Counted from the first letter of the stretch, positions 42,631 to 56,353 are shown. The stretch: DNA of 64,000 nt from Octopus sinensis (GCF_006345805.1 NC_043015.1:12028001-12092000), one strand, 5' to 3'. The notes: generated by a model from the sequence alone, not told the origin. A program made the numbers and translations.

Positions 42631-43398
42631 CATAAAATTACATGTAAAAAAATTCATGCAAGATACGTATGGAAGGAAGTGTGAGAAAAAGAGGATTGTA
42701 CTGAAATTAAGAGCGGTTAAGAGTTTTGATTAAAAGATCCAAACGTAGTGAAATGATTTGGGAAGGTGCGTGCAACTTGAAACCTTTTAGCTCTTTGTAC
42801 AGTGAAAACTTCATTGTGCTGTGTTTAGTCAGAATTAAGTCTCAATATGTCAATATACTTGTCCCACCATTCCAGTCTCTCCAGTCATTTGCATAAGTAA
42901 GGAAAAACCTTTTCTTTTTGTAATTATATCCATCAATCTGTGTAAGAGTCAAAATCAAAAGTATCAAGAATGTAATTATATGAGGATACCTTTCCTGTTT
43001 GTAAGATTTATTTATTTTTCTACCAGAACATGAGCTCTAGAAACGTCCGTTGAAAGTGAACCTCTTTGAACTGTATTTTTTGCGAAATTTTTCTCCTCTT
43101 TTGCTGCTAAGAGAAAATTGCAAGCTCCAAACCTTACAACAAACACTCGAAAATGTTCATTAGAAAAATAATTAATTTCAAGTGATTATGTAAATCAGTA
43201 CAGTATTTTGGGAAAAAATTCCATTTACATTTTTTTTTAAATCACACCGAACTCTATGGAGCTTTTAATCAAAACTTTTAACCGCTCTTAATTTCAGTAC
43301 AAAAAAATGTCTTTCATGCCTCTTTTTATCAATCCTCTTTTTCTCATACTTCCTTCCATACTTATCCCACCTGAGTTTTATTTACATGTATTTTTATG
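42631..43398. mobile_element. MITE-like element with ~115-145-bp inverted arms, flanked by TA repeats
   Basis: CATAAAATTACATGTAAA...GTATGGAAGGAAGTGTGAGAAAAAGAGGATT...GTACTGAAATTAAGAGCGGTTAA is mirrored at 43258-43398. Confidence 0.8.
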
Positions 43399-43406
43399 TT
43401 TATATA

Positions 43407-43930
43407 TATACGAGAAAAATAACACTATGACGCTATTCACTCGGCCAGAAATTTGGAAACGACATACTGTACTGCTTGGCATTCGCCCCGGAAGATCCAA
43501 TACGAACATTTCAGGATGTTCGGGCGTCAATCTGAGGACAATGGAATCTTGGGACATGTACCGAGTGCGATAAAATCAAACATCCAGTCAACATCATGGT
43601 GTTTGGAGTGATCACTAGTGGTGGCCACGGAGGCCTACATCAAGTGCCTGGAGGAGGTGGTGCTGGTCTGGGTCAAGAGGGTGGCTGCTAGCAGACTCTA
43701 TGCCTGGCAACAGAACTCTGCACCATACCACACAAGCAGGAGAACCCAATCATGGCTGTCAGGCAATTTCTGCGACCTCACCACCTCTAACATTTGTCCA
43801 CCTAACTCTCCAGACTGCAACCCCCTTGATTATTATGTGTGGGGCACAGTTGAGCGAGAAAACAGCAAAACTCCTTGTAACACTAAAGATGAACTGAAGG
43901 CAAGGATTATTGCAGCATTCACCAGCCCTT
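43407..43930 (+). mobile_element. Internally deleted maT (DD37D) transposase remnant
   Basis: The HTH-like start MTLFTRPEIWKRHTVLLGIRPGRS is followed by KHPVNIMVFGVIT and WQQNSAPYH...PPNSPDCNPLDYYVWG. There are 37 residues between the second catalytic position (N here) and the final D. Confidence 0.85.
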
Positions 43931-44666
43931 CGCAGACCACATTTTACTGACGATATAGAGCCAATGGAAATTAGCGAAGGAGAACTCCAGAAATTTTTTA
44001 TCAAGCAGGTAAGACCATCAGTAGTATACGAAATGAAGGTCATTTTAGGAAAGAGCAAGATTCTGATCACCGGCCGCAACTAGAATACAACATCTAATAT
44101 ATACTATCAGCAGTATTGTGGCCTTGCCGGGGTATTTAATATCGGAAATAAACACAATTACATGAATTCATTAGATTATTCACCCGATAAGTTAATTTTA
44201 AAAGATGCAGACAATCTTCAGTTTGTCTAGGAAGGTTGATTTATTCATGTTGCTTGAAGCTAAACAGATCAGATGAAGTTGAATTTGATACACATGTGCA
44301 AAAATACTGTATGAACCTAATATAGAATTTATTACATTTTTTTTTTAATTTTCTGGGAAAATAACATTTTTTTTCCAAAATACTGTACTGCTTTACATAA
44401 TCACTTGAAATTAATTATTTTTCTAATGAGCATTTTCCAGTGTTTGTTGTAAGGTTTGGAGCTTATAATTTTCTATTAGCAGCAAAAAAGGAGAAAAATT
44501 TCGCAAAAATGTCACATAGAGTATAACGTCTTCCTTGAAAATTGCACTTGTGCTTAATTACAATTGCCTAAGTGCAAAACTTTGGCCTTCAAATCGAAAC
44601 ACATATAAATATATATTCACTTTTCTATATTATGATATGTATGTTTATATATTAATTTATTCTTAC

Positions 44667-45092
44667 ATGGCTGTGTAGTAGGAAGCTTGCTTCTCAACCA
44701 CATGATTCCGGGTTCACTCCCACTGCGTGGCACCTTGGGCAAGTGTCTTCTACTATAGCTTCGGGCCGACCAAAGCCTTGCGCATGGGTTCTCACTATGG
44801 AAATTGAAAGAAGCCTGTCGTATATATGTGTGTGCTCGCGCATGCATGTGTGTGTGCGTGTGTGTATCCCAACACCACTTGACAACTGGGGCCGGTGTGT
44901 TTACGTCCCTGTAACTTAGCGGTTCGGCAAAAAGAACGATAGAATAAGTACCAAACTTTAAAGACAAGTACTGGAGTGGATTCACTCGACTAAAAAATAG
45001 GGTCTCTTTGTGCCCGTGTTTTTTCTCATCACCGCTTGACAACCAGTGTTGGTGTGTTTACTCCCCATAACTTAGCAGTTCGGCCAAAGGAG
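44667..45092 (+). mobile_element. SINE family B plus duplicated 3' segment
   Basis: Head, GGGCAAGTGTCTTCTACTATAGC and tail are present, with a second GCTTGACAACC...TAACTTAGC at 45030-45090. Confidence 0.85.
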
Positions 45093-45462
45093 CTGGTTGG
45101 TTTTCGTTGGACATCCTGCAGAATGAAAAACAAAACCTATCAAAGGACGGGTGAAGTCAGAAGTAAAGACCGTTCTACAACTAGGAGTGAAAGACCCCTA
45201 GTCTTTGTGCGGACACCTCTCAAGGACATTCCAAAATAGATCCTCCATATTGCAAAGCCGATGACTCCTCTCGTTTGTTTCTTGACTCCTTGGCTTTTTA
45301 GCTGAGAGTCTTAGCAATGTTCTGTAAGTGGTTATTGACTTTAAATTTCAGCACTGGCATTGCTGACGGCCATTGTCTTAAAAATTTAAGATAATTGGTC
45401 AATGAGGGTCATAATGATCTATGAGTTAATAAGCAACGTGTATATATCTATGTATATATAGT

Positions 45463-45670
45463 TAATCCAAACAAGAAAGCACAAAAAACACAACAACGCG
45501 AGGACGTGGAACAAATATAGTATTATTAGACGCTCAGGAAAGAAGGAAAGAAGGAGGGTTTAACGTTTCGAGCGGAGCTCTTCGTCGGAAACATAGGAGA
45601 AGGAAAGATCCAGAGAAGGGAAGACAAAGGAAAAAAATCGCCAACGGTACACACGCGGTCACATTTTGAT
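45463..45670 (-). mobile_element. PLE terminal fragment (second family) with hammerhead-like motif
   Basis: The minus strand reads GTTT-CCGACGA-AGAGCTCCGCTC-GAAA-CGTT-AAAC (45558-45592). The downstream GAGCGTC/TAATAC segment is similar to the 41977 family. Confidence 0.6.
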
Positions 45671-45677
45671 ATATATA

Positions 45678-45712
<35 letters not shown>

Positions 45713-45869
45713 TATGTATGTATGTTTGAGAGTGTATGTGTGTGTGTATTATGTAAATATGTATGCGTGTATGTAAATATGAATATCTACAGCGAAGGTT
45801 TATAATCGCTTTTTAATAAATTACTCTGGCCATTATTAACCATAGAATTTATTGATGTTTGAATATAAG

Positions 45870-46073
45870 GCATAGCTATGTGGTTAAGGAGCACGCGTTA
45901 GAACCACGTGGTTTCTTGTTCAGTCCAACTCGGCGGCAGTTTCAGCAATTTGTCTCCAATTATAGCCCCGAGTAGATCAATACTTTTTGAATGAATTTGG
46001 TAGGTGAAAATAGTGTAAAAGCTTGTCATAAGTATGTGTGTGTGCGAGTATTTGTGTGTGTGTGTGTGTGCGG

Positions 46074-46117
<44 letters not shown>

Positions 46118-46290
46118 CTTTGTGTTCATGTATCTTTTGTGTTCGTGTGTGTACTCTTACACACTGCTTTAAAATCGGTACTGGTTTGTTTACGTCCCCG
46201 TATTTTGCAGCTGGGCAAGAGCACGATAGGATAAGTACCAGACTTTAAAATAAGCCTTGAGATCGATTTGTTCGACTAAACCTTTCATGA
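45870..46290 (+). mobile_element. SINE family B, diverged
   Basis: Same architecture as other copies, with internal (TG)n. Confidence 0.7.
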
Positions 46291-46399
46291 GAGAAGCAAA
46301 GAATGCATGCAGCCGAAGAAACAAAATAAATGAAAAAGAGAAGATAAAAAAAAAGATAAAAATATACTCCACGCTTGAAACTGAATTTCCAGTTCCTCT

Positions 46400-47215
46400 G
46401 CTTTCATGAACTAATCTTGGAGGACCGTCATCGAGCAATTGACGAACTTGTTGATATGACTGCTATGTCCCGGAGCTCCTGCCGGCGAATTTTGAGGGAG
46501 GAATTGTGAAGAAAAAAGAGTTGCAGCAAAACTTGTGCCTCGCTTGCTCATGAAGGATCAAAACTAGTCACGGTTGAATGCGTGTCGTGAACCGAAAGAA
46601 CAGTTGGAAATTCGAAAGTTATCACAAGTAGCGAAAGCCGGTGCTACGGCAAAGACCCAGAAACGAAGCAGAAATCAAGTCAATGGAAGCATTTAATTTC
46701 ACCACACCCACAAAATGTGCGTCAAGAGAAGTCCAATGTCAAGACGGTATTGATTTATTTCATCGATGCGAAAGGAATTGTCGACACAGTATTTGTTCTT
46801 CCTGGTCAAACTGTTAACCAGACATTTTACTAGGCAGTTCTCAAGCGTTTGCGAGACACAGAGAGACGAAAACGCCCTGGCCATTGGCAAAGAGGAGGTG
46901 GGTTGGTTTCATCATGGCAATGCACCTTCACGCACTGCCTTGAGTGTGAGACAGTTTTTGACCGAAAATTGAATGGCCCTGTTTACCCACCCTCCTTATT
47001 CGCCCGATCTTGCTTCCTGCAATTTTTCCTTTCCCCGAATGAAAAAAAAATCCTGAAAAGAAAACGTTTTACAGGTGTGGAAGAAGTGAAGAAAAATATG
47101 ACGGAAGATTTCGCAAGATTTCCAAGACTGCTTCGAACAGTGGAACACGCATTTAGACTAAAGTATTGCTTCAAATGGAGAATACTTTGAAGGCGACAAA
47201 GGTGTAAACATGCAA
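46400..47215 (+). mobile_element. Decayed mariner transposase (DD34D-type)
   Basis: Peptides RVAAKLVPRLL, KVITSSESRCYGKDPETKQKSSQW, WFHHGNAPSRTALSVRQFL and HPPYSPDLASCNF are present, with stops and frameshifts. Confidence 0.9.
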
Positions 47216-47218
47216 AAA

Positions 47219-47724
47219 TCTATATATATAAAACTCAACTTGTGTGTCTGTGTGTGTATCTGTGTGTGTGTCTGTGTGTTTAACTTCCCGGCACATCTCC
47301 TCCTAGCCAACAAATTTTAGAACGACCAAAAATGGGTCACTTAAAGTTTAGGCGAATGAAAATTGAACTGCGCTATTTCTGTTCCGAAATTCATCTCGCA
47401 AGTGCAAAATCGATAATGTGTTTGTTTAGGCCTTATCCCATGCATTGAATAGTGAACTTTACTCAGTCAGCTGTTTGACGTGGACTGTGTTCACCACGCG
47501 TGCAAGCATGCGTAAATTGCATGAAAAATAAAAAATCAAGATATAAAAACCAATCGCCGTAAACATTGTAGAAATTCGGCAAAGAAATGAATTTTCGGGA
47601 TGTGGCCTGGAGGGATTTTTCGTATTAATCGTTTGGACTTTGAACACATACCAATTGTTTTCATAACATTTTTAACGCTTTGAATTAAATGTGACCATTT
47701 TGCAAAGCCGGGCAATACTGCTAG
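47219..47724 (+). mobile_element. Non-autonomous Helitron
   Basis: Starts A|TCTATATATATAAAAC and ends AAAGCCGGGCAATACTGCTAG|T. It is inserted just after the mariner ORF end. Confidence 0.8.
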
Positions 47725-47764
47725 TGAATGAATAAAATAATATTTCAAAATGACGGACTGATAT

Positions 47765-47944
47765 TTTTCGTTTTCTATCTGCCAAATCAATTAAGTCGAC
47801 CCGAGTCTATAGTAGAAGACACTTGCCTATAGACACTTGTCTATAGTAGAAGACACTATAGAAGGTGACACGCAGTGGGACTGAACACAGGTCCAAGTGC
47901 TTGTTAAGTAAACTTCTTACCACACAGCCACGCCTGTGCCTATA
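47765..47944 (-). mobile_element. SINE family B 5' half with local triplication
   Basis: Head CCACACAGCCACGCCTG is present, and CTATAGTAGAAGACAC is repeated. Confidence 0.75.
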
Positions 47945-48869
47945 CAAATGAAATGAGTAGTAAAGATGCGGATTCAGAGAATCGCGCGGCTACCGCAGTA
48001 ACCTCCTCTTTTTGACTTGGTTAACAGGATGCATAGTAATCAAGTACAAAGAAGTGTAGTGTAGAGTGTCCATGTAACTGACAATCCAGAAGGTTCTATC
48101 GATAAAGTTATTTTAGGAAGAGTACACCCCTCATGAATTAAGTTCACGAAACAATTGACGAGAAAAATAATTCATGAAAACTTAATTTGCGAAGATATCG
48201 TTAATTTTGTTATTATCCAGTGTAACTATTTTAAAAAATGATAATAACAAAATCAATAATATAGGCGATTGCAGGCCTAAAAAAGGCATTAAATAGCTGA
48301 AGGATTAAAATTAATAAAAGAACACACTAAGTATGTCTACCTGCTGGAAATAACAGTCAAAATTCTTATTTAAATCGCCAAAATACACTGATAATAACCA
48401 CAGAAATCTACTGAAAGCAAATCAGGTTAAGACAATTTTCCAACGTACATCTAAGTGTTCGGACCCACGTGGACCTATTTCTGCACTGGCAAAAATAGCC
48501 TTAGCTTCTCCAGCACGCGTTAACATGATAGAGACTCACAACCTATCGTTTTGAAGTCTGCGCTGCAACTGATTTGTTTTGTGCCGAAATCATAGCAGCC
48601 ACCAGTGTGAAAACAATCTCTATGCAGGAGCAAACAATTCACATATATATATATGCTATAATTAATAAAGCAAACAGTAAACGGTTGTCATTATTAGTAC
48701 TCAGAGTTTCGAATGTCGGAGCGAAGCGCTACTGTACATTCTCGTCGGTTATTAAATGGCAACAGACGCTACGAAAAACCGTTAGATTTAAGGGAAGTAA
48801 CTCTAATAGATGAAAAAAAAAGAATGTACAGTAGCGATTCGCTCCGACATTCGAAACTGAATAGTAATA

Positions 48870-49085
48870 ATTCCTTCTACTGGAAGCACAAGGCCTCAAA
48901 TTTGAGGGAAGGGATTAAGTCGGTTACATCGACTCCAGTGCGCAACTGGTACTAAATTTATCGACTCCGAAAGGATGAAAGGCGAAGTCGACCCCGGCAG
49001 CATTTGAACTCAGAACGTGAAGACAGGCAAAATACCGCTAAGCATTTCGCCCGGCGTAGTAATGATTCTGCCAGCTCGCCATCTT
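48870..49085 (-). mobile_element. SINE family A short-tail monomer
   Basis: Head, B box and core are present. Confidence 0.85.
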
Positions 49086-49195
49086 CTGAGGACTAATAAG
49101 GACAACCGTCTACTGTTCGCTCTATAAATTATAGCATATATAATCCTCTATTTCTATAAATATCGAGGTCTCATCCTTTTTTTGTTATACATATC

Positions 49196-49252
<57 letters not shown>

Positions 49253-49275
49253 TATTATTATTATTATTATTATTG

Positions 49276-49830
49276 AGTGAGAGAGCAGTGCAAGCCATCA
49301 AAGTGACACTGGGGTAAAATATACGAAGCCCAGTATACCCATCATGACTACCCGTCTGATAAGGGTGCACCAGGCACATGCATCACAACCATATGTGCGC
49401 GACATGGTGATCTCATATCAAGGTAAACAGCGCATGACCTTGCAGGTGGGGCCCAGTTGGAATTTTCTTCTGGTCGAGTAGCCCATCCCGCTCAAAAGGT
49501 CCCTGAATAAGGGTTGTTTAAGGATGTGGAACGAAACACCCATGTTTCCAAAGGTGAATTATCCAAACCTCTAAGAATTCCTTTCAACACACGCCATGAT
49601 GCTCCTCCACTAATTCTGCTCATGATCAGAGATGCACATATCGTCAGACACTAAGGGACATGCTCAACTGGTTAAGGTCAAACAACAGACAAGCAAATCT
49701 GTGGTATTGAGCAGAATAATATTTGCTGTAGCCTATCTTTTATACCAAGACAAAACAACGTACATGATAACACTTCCAATCAGTTAAGATCAGAAGCCAT
49801 GAGAGCCACTGTCTGGTACTGCATCAGGGC
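49276..49830. mobile_element. ~555-bp non-coding element embedded in (TAT/TAA)n
   Basis: Complex sequence is bounded sharply on both sides by (TAT)n tracts, with no ORF and no TIR. Confidence 0.5.
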
Positions 49831-49835
49831 ATTTA

Positions 49836-49904
<69 letters not shown>

Positions 49905-50084
49905 TATGTTTGACTTTTGCTTTATGTCTGTACAAGTTGGCTCCAAGTCTCACCCAGAGACCTCAAGAGACAACAGGTTGGAAGTTCTGTGCCATATATT
50001 TGGGTTGTTTTTTTTTGGTGTTGTACTAGTGAATGTCTAATACATAAAAATAAAAATTTTTTTTAAATAAATAAATAAATAAAA

Positions 50085-50132
<48 letters not shown>

Positions 50133-50386
50133 TATTATTATTATTTTTATACACACGGATTGTAGCTCTGGATTTTTATTGGTCTACACCCATTGCTCTC
50201 TTAAAGTAAATCATAAATGGCAACATGCTAAGTGTGTCTATAGCTTGTGCATAAATATTTATATAGAAAGAGAGTCAGCTTGCTCTTTGTAGTAGAGATG
50301 ATGTTTTCAACTACCATGAATCGTTTTGATAATTAGTCTGTTAGTTCCTCTTCTCAGCACACTGTATATAAAGGTTACTCACAGAC

Positions 50387-50770
50387 ATGTATTCTTTTGT
50401 TTGTTTCAGTCATCTGATTGCGGCAATACTGGAGCACCGCTTTCAATCGAAGAAATCGACGCCAGGACTTATTCTATGTAAGCTTAGTACTAATTCGATC
50501 AGGTTCTTTTGCCGAACTGTTAAGTTACGGGTACGTAAACACACCAACATCCGTTGTCAAGCGATGGTGGGGGGAAACAAACTCAGACACACACACACAC
50601 ACACAAATATGTGTGTGTGTATGACAGGCTTCTTTCAGTTTCCTTCTACTAAATCCACTCACAAGGCTATAGTAGAAGACACTTGCCCAAGATGCCATGC
50701 AGTGGAACTGAACTCGGAATCATGTGGTTTAGATGCAAGCTTCTTACCACTCAGCCACGCCTGCGCCTAT
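50387..50770 (-). mobile_element. SINE family B (a further tail fragment lies at 50800-50930)
   Basis: Family head and tail motifs are present. Confidence 0.85.
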
Positions 50771-51051
50771 TTATTTGTATATATTTATTTACACTTTTTA
50801 TCTTTTATCTTTTACTTGTCTCAGTCATTTGACTGCTGCCGTGCTAGGGCACCACCCAGAAGGATTTTCGTCACCCTAGGACTTAATTTTTTAAGCTTAG
50901 TTTTTACTCTATCGGGTCTCTTTGCCGCTTTATATGTACACATTATATGCATGTTAATGTAATATCCATTATTTAATTAACAAGATTATGAAACAGCTGT
51001 AAAGAAATTAATTCAACATTTACTCTCTCACCTCATTTCTCTTATTTTTTC

Positions 51052-51089
<38 letters not shown>

Positions 51090-51091
<2 letters not shown>

Positions 51092-51375
51092 GTTTATTCC
51101 TTCTCGAGCCACGCCTAGCTCATAGGGCCGGTTTCCCGGTTTCCTTTGCGTATAGGTTCCCCACCTGGACGGGAAGTGAGCTACAAGATGCAGGAGGAAA
51201 GAGTGAGAGAAAGTTGTTGCGAAAGAGTCAGCAGAAGTTCGCCATTACCTTCTGCCGGAGCCGCGTGGAGCTTAGGTGTTTCGCTCATAAACACACATAT
51301 CGCCCGGTCTGAGATTCGAACCCGCGATTCTTCCACCACGAGTCCGCTGCTCTAACCACTAGGCCAAGTGCCTAT
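51090..51375 (-). mobile_element. SINE family C
   Basis: The minus strand has GGCACTTGGCCTAGTGGTTAG, GGTTCGAATCTC and the tail AAACCGGGAAACCGGCCC. Confidence 0.8.
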
Positions 51376-51431
51376 ATATATATATATATATTGCCTATAT
51401 ATATATATTGCCTATATATATATATATATAT

Positions 51432-51611
51432 ATCGTTAGCTCCTACACGCATTTTTTCCTCTCCTTGTTTTTTTCTGTGTATCTTTCTGTCGAAGAGCGT
51501 AGGCTCGAAACGTAAAATACTTTTTCTATTCCTGAGCGCTATACTAATACATTTGTTTGTTTGTACTCCACCTGCCTTCGTCTTTTGTTTATTTTCGTAA
51601 ACTTTCCCTTT
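51432..51611 (+). mobile_element. PLE terminal fragment with minimal hammerhead-like motif
   Basis: Reads TCTTT-CTGTCGA-AGAGCGTAGGCTC-GAAA-CGTA-AAATA (51482-51519). It is flanked by (TA)n on both sides. Confidence 0.7.
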
Positions 51612-51636
51612 ATATATATATATATATAATATATAT

Positions 51637-51685
<49 letters not shown>

Positions 51686-52026
51686 TATATATGAAAGGGT
51701 GCGCACGCGCGTGTGTGTATTTATGCATACACACCCATATGTATGTATATATGTATGTATGTATGTATGTATATATGTATGTATGTATGTAGAGAACAAA
51801 AGTAAACATTTTGAAAATTAGAGTCGACGTTGATAGCGATTGGTGTCTGTAGAGATTATTTGGTGGAAATATTTGACCAAAAGAAAGATATTTCGATTCA
51901 TGGTTCATAAACTCTATATAAAGAGTGGTTATCTTAAATTATCTTATAGATCTTTGGCTTTGTTGTATATATCTTTGTATGTTTATATTTATGCATGTGT
52001 ATACGGATACATACATATATGTGTGT

Positions 52027-52057
<31 letters not shown>

Positions 52058-52099
52058 CGTGTGTGTGAGTGTGTGTGGTGTGTGTGTGTGTGTGCGTGT

Positions 52100-52130
<31 letters not shown>

Positions 52131-52520
52131 AGTGTGTGTGTGTGTGTGTGCGTGCGTGTGTGCGTGTGTGGGGGGGGGGGATGACATGACTGGGCACGGC
52201 TGTTTGAAAACTGATGATTTGGCAAGGCTGACTGGATATTCAATCTGCTTTGGCGACAGTATGTTTAGGTGCTGGACGCAAAAGAAAATACACACACATG
52301 CAAGTATGAGAACACAGACACAGTAAGTATGAGAATGACAGAAAGGGATGGAAAGAGAGAGACACCACATATACATACAGACATAACTAAGTGGAGGAGG
52401 GAGAGAATCGAGAGAAACATTAAAATGCCTGACATCGAATAAGTCGGCGTCAAATCAGCGATGCCCAAAAGGCGGCGTCAAATCAGCGATGCCCAAAAGG
52501 CGGCGCCAAAGCGGTTGTCT

Positions 52521-52900
52521 TATATACTCTTTTACACTTTTACTTGTTTCAGTCATTTGACTGTGGCCATGCTGGAGCACCGAGTTTATAGTAGAATAAA
52601 TCGACCACAGAGCCTTATTCTTTGTAAGCCTAGTACTTATTCTATCGGTCTCTTTTGCCGAACCGCTAAGTTACGGGGACGTAAACACACCAGCATCGGT
52701 TGTCAAGCGATGCTTGGGGGGGACAAACAGACACACAAATATATGCACACACACACACATATAGAGTTTCAGTCTACCAAATGCACTCACAAGGCTTTGG
52801 TCGGCCTGAGGCTATAGTGGATGGTGCCATGCAGTGGGATTGAACCAGGGACCATGTGGTTGGTAAGCAAGCTACTTACCATACAGCCACTCCTGCGCCT
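52521..52900 (-). mobile_element. SINE family B
   Basis: Family head and tail motifs are present. Confidence 0.9.
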
Positions 52901-53135
52901 ATATGTGTGTGTGTATACATATACAAATATATGTATATAGATATATGTATACATATATATATATATATATATATAATATATATATATATATATAATATAT
53001 ATGTATGTATGTGTGTGTATGCATACATATACACCTTATATATGCGTATATATACAAAATATGTATATATATATATGTATGTATATATATATATGTATAT
53101 ATATATATACATATATATATATATTACATACATAC

Positions 53136-53273
<138 letters not shown>

Positions 53274-53369
53274 TATATATATATACATATACACACTTGT
53301 GTATGTTTATTGTGTAGACATGCGCACGCGAACGCACGCACACACAATCACACATCCATTGATCCATTT

Positions 53370-53735
53370 TCTCCGCCCACTCTTCCTTGAAGAGTCGTTG
53401 GGTTAGTGTCCTTAGGCACCTCCTCCACAGCGTCGTTACACGTTTCCGAATGAATGCCAAGCGTAACTGACTGAGAATACCGTTATTCTCCATCCATTTC
53501 GTTCTTGGTCTACTCCAAGGTCTCCTGCCAGTTGGTTGGCTTAGCTTGAAGAATCCGTCTTGCGATTCTTTACCTTAACAGATTGATCCCATTCCCGTAT
53601 TATTCTAGCTGTGACTGCTCAATGCAGAGAAGCAACGGTTCGATCTGGAAAGACACACTGATCTCCTTGTCTCGCACCCTGCAGCTCCAAAGATCTTTCG
53701 AGCAAGCCGAAATTCCGAAGTAAGCCAATCTTTTC
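53370..53735 (-). mobile_element. RTE-type LINE 3' fragment
   Basis: IEPLLLCIEQSQLE*YG...[24 protein letters not shown] matches EPLLLRIERSQLRWFGH...GxRPxGRPRxRW. Confidence 0.75.
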
Positions 53736-53943
53736 CTTGCAAATATTTAATAACCATATATACTCAGCTAAAGAGTATCCAGTAATTCTTTAGATTAATT
53801 TTTAGATTAAATTGATTTATACACAACTGGACATAAAAAATATCTAATTACGATGCAAGGACGTGAAATAATTTCGCTAAAAGCGGTTTATTAATACCTA
53901 CATGTGAGTGCGAGTGTGTATATATATGTATGTATACACATGC

Positions 53944-54015
<72 letters not shown>

Positions 54016-54116
54016 TATGTATACATGTGTGGATTGTTTTGCGCTGATTATGAGTGTGTGAATGAGAACCAGCCAGCCTGTAAGAGAAACAGCGTTAGTA
54101 CATAATAGAGAAATGG

Positions 54117-54163
<47 letters not shown>

Positions 54164-54933
54164 TATGCGCAAATGTATTCATATGAACTTATACGTTTGT
54201 ATGTGAGACAGAGAAAGAGGGAGGGTGAGATAGATGGAGAGAGAAAGAGAAGGAAAGATCGTATGGTCGTGTGAGTGATTTAATAGGATCACATGATCCA
54301 TTTATAGTGAAATGTCTTTGAAGTTTTAATCAACATTATTGTATTTTATATATTGGTTTCTTGTCCCCTTTTTTTTTCCTGTTCAGAATACAGCAGCGCT
54401 GACTCTATTCAGATAGATATGTGGCTATGCTTAAAAGAGAAAGAGCAGAGTGAGAGAGGAAAAGAAAAGGAATTAAAAGCTGAAGATTGAGACAGCCAAA
54501 TGTAATTGAAAGTAAAAGGATGGAGTAGTGTGTTTGCTTCATCGAAAAAATGTTATTAAAGATGTCCACTCCATATTTTGTCATACGTTCCATGTAAACA
54601 TGCGTAAATGCATCTACACTGTACACGTATATCTACGGATGTATACACCCATGTACACATACACCCACATACCTAGATACATTTGCATGTATATATATAT
54701 GTATATGTGTGTATATATATATATGTATATATATACATATATATATATGATATAAACATATATAAGCATATGTATATATGTATATACATATATATATATG
54801 ATATAAACATATATAAGCATATGTATATATGAATATACATATATATATATATAATATACACACATATATATAATATATATGTGCGTATGTATATATATAT
54901 ATATGTATATACGTATATATATATGTATGTATG

Positions 54934-54994
<61 letters not shown>

Positions 54995-55105
54995 ATATAT
55001 ATGTATATACATATATATATAATATACACACATATATATAATATATATGTGCGTATGTATATATATATATATATATGTATATACGTATATATATATGTAT
55101 GTATG

Positions 55106-55162
<57 letters not shown>

Positions 55163-56295
55163 TGTATACAGAAATATAAGCACGCTCAGTATAAATAACA
55201 GAGTGGACATATACTCATATTGCTTGACGATAATATGCGTGTGTGTGTGTGTGTGCGTGTACACCATTAAAACGACTGGCAAAAATTGATATATTCTACA
55301 TTTTTATTTTGCATTCAGAGGAAGGTAAAGCAATTTTCCTGTATATGAGTTTTCACCACTGAAAGACAAAAAAAAAAACACTTATTTAAAATACATAGGC
55401 TTATAATGCCCCTACATTCACAGGAAAAAAATTAAATCTATCCTCTCGTTTTTTTTAATTATGCATCTAGTAAAAGATACGAAACTATAAAGCATAATTA
55501 TACTTCTAGTGTCTCTGTTAGATTTATATTCTTATTTTAAAAGGCATCAATTGCGAATTTCTTTACCTTTCTTCTTACCACCTTCTAATATCTCCAAATA
55601 ACATTTTTGTACTCTTCATTCTTAATTTGGATCGTTATTTATTTTAAGTCTCTGTAATGTAGGAGTTAGTTCGTTAAAATTTTTTAGATAAGATCTCTGT
55701 AGATAGACCTGGTTGTAGAGGGTTTATTTTTCCATCATTTGAACTAGACACTTGTAGTTTGTGAACCCCTTGACATCATCGTAGGGGAAAGGTATCAACT
55801 TCTTTAAATCCAACTTGAATTGCCTTTATTGAGTGCGATGAACTCATCCTCTGTCCTAAAGTTTTACTTAAATCAATTTGGACATAATTTTATCTGAAAT
55901 TAAGTGATATAGACGTTTTTTTTTTTCATCGGCATCTCTGATATTTTTATTGCTTGCATTATATTGCGATTCTTTTAGAATTATTTGATGAGTTGATATC
56001 TTTCATCAGTCACTGTAAAAAAAACTGACTTAAGTTCTAAGATAATTTTCTTTGGAAATGGAAATAAGTCACCCATCATAGTCTGTAGTCGTGAATTTTT
56101 TTGATGGCTTAAAAACAATTTCATTTGGTGCTCACGTTTAGGTAGAGTCAGTGTTTTAAAGATGAACAGGAGCGTTGTCCGAAAATAGATGTGCCGGATC
56201 TTTTCGGTTTGAACGGCAGTTTTTCTAGCGGTGTCATATGAAATTGTCACCCTTAATTATGACCCTAGTATCGATCTATTGCATTTCAATCTAAT

Positions 56296-56353
56296 TTAGG
56301 GTTAGGGTTAGAGTTAGGGTTAGTTAGGGTTAGGGTTAGGGTTAGGGTTAGGG
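56296..56353 (+). repeat. Interstitial telomere-like (TTAGGG)n, ~10 units
   Basis: Read directly, with variants TTAGAG and TTAG. Confidence 0.9.

Noticed and set aside
54360-54490. Strong polypyrimidine-AG acceptor followed by a short open frame (YSSADSIQIDMW...)
   Set aside because: There is no recognisable protein similarity and no convincing donor or partner exon. RNA-seq would be needed.
55300-55330. Possible 6-nt microexon (CAG|AGGAAG|GTAAAG)
   Set aside because: It is too short to distinguish from chance, and no host gene is identified.
55500-56190. AT-rich stretch with short coding-like peptides on the minus strand
   Set aside because: It has frequent stops and no motif I could assign to a family.
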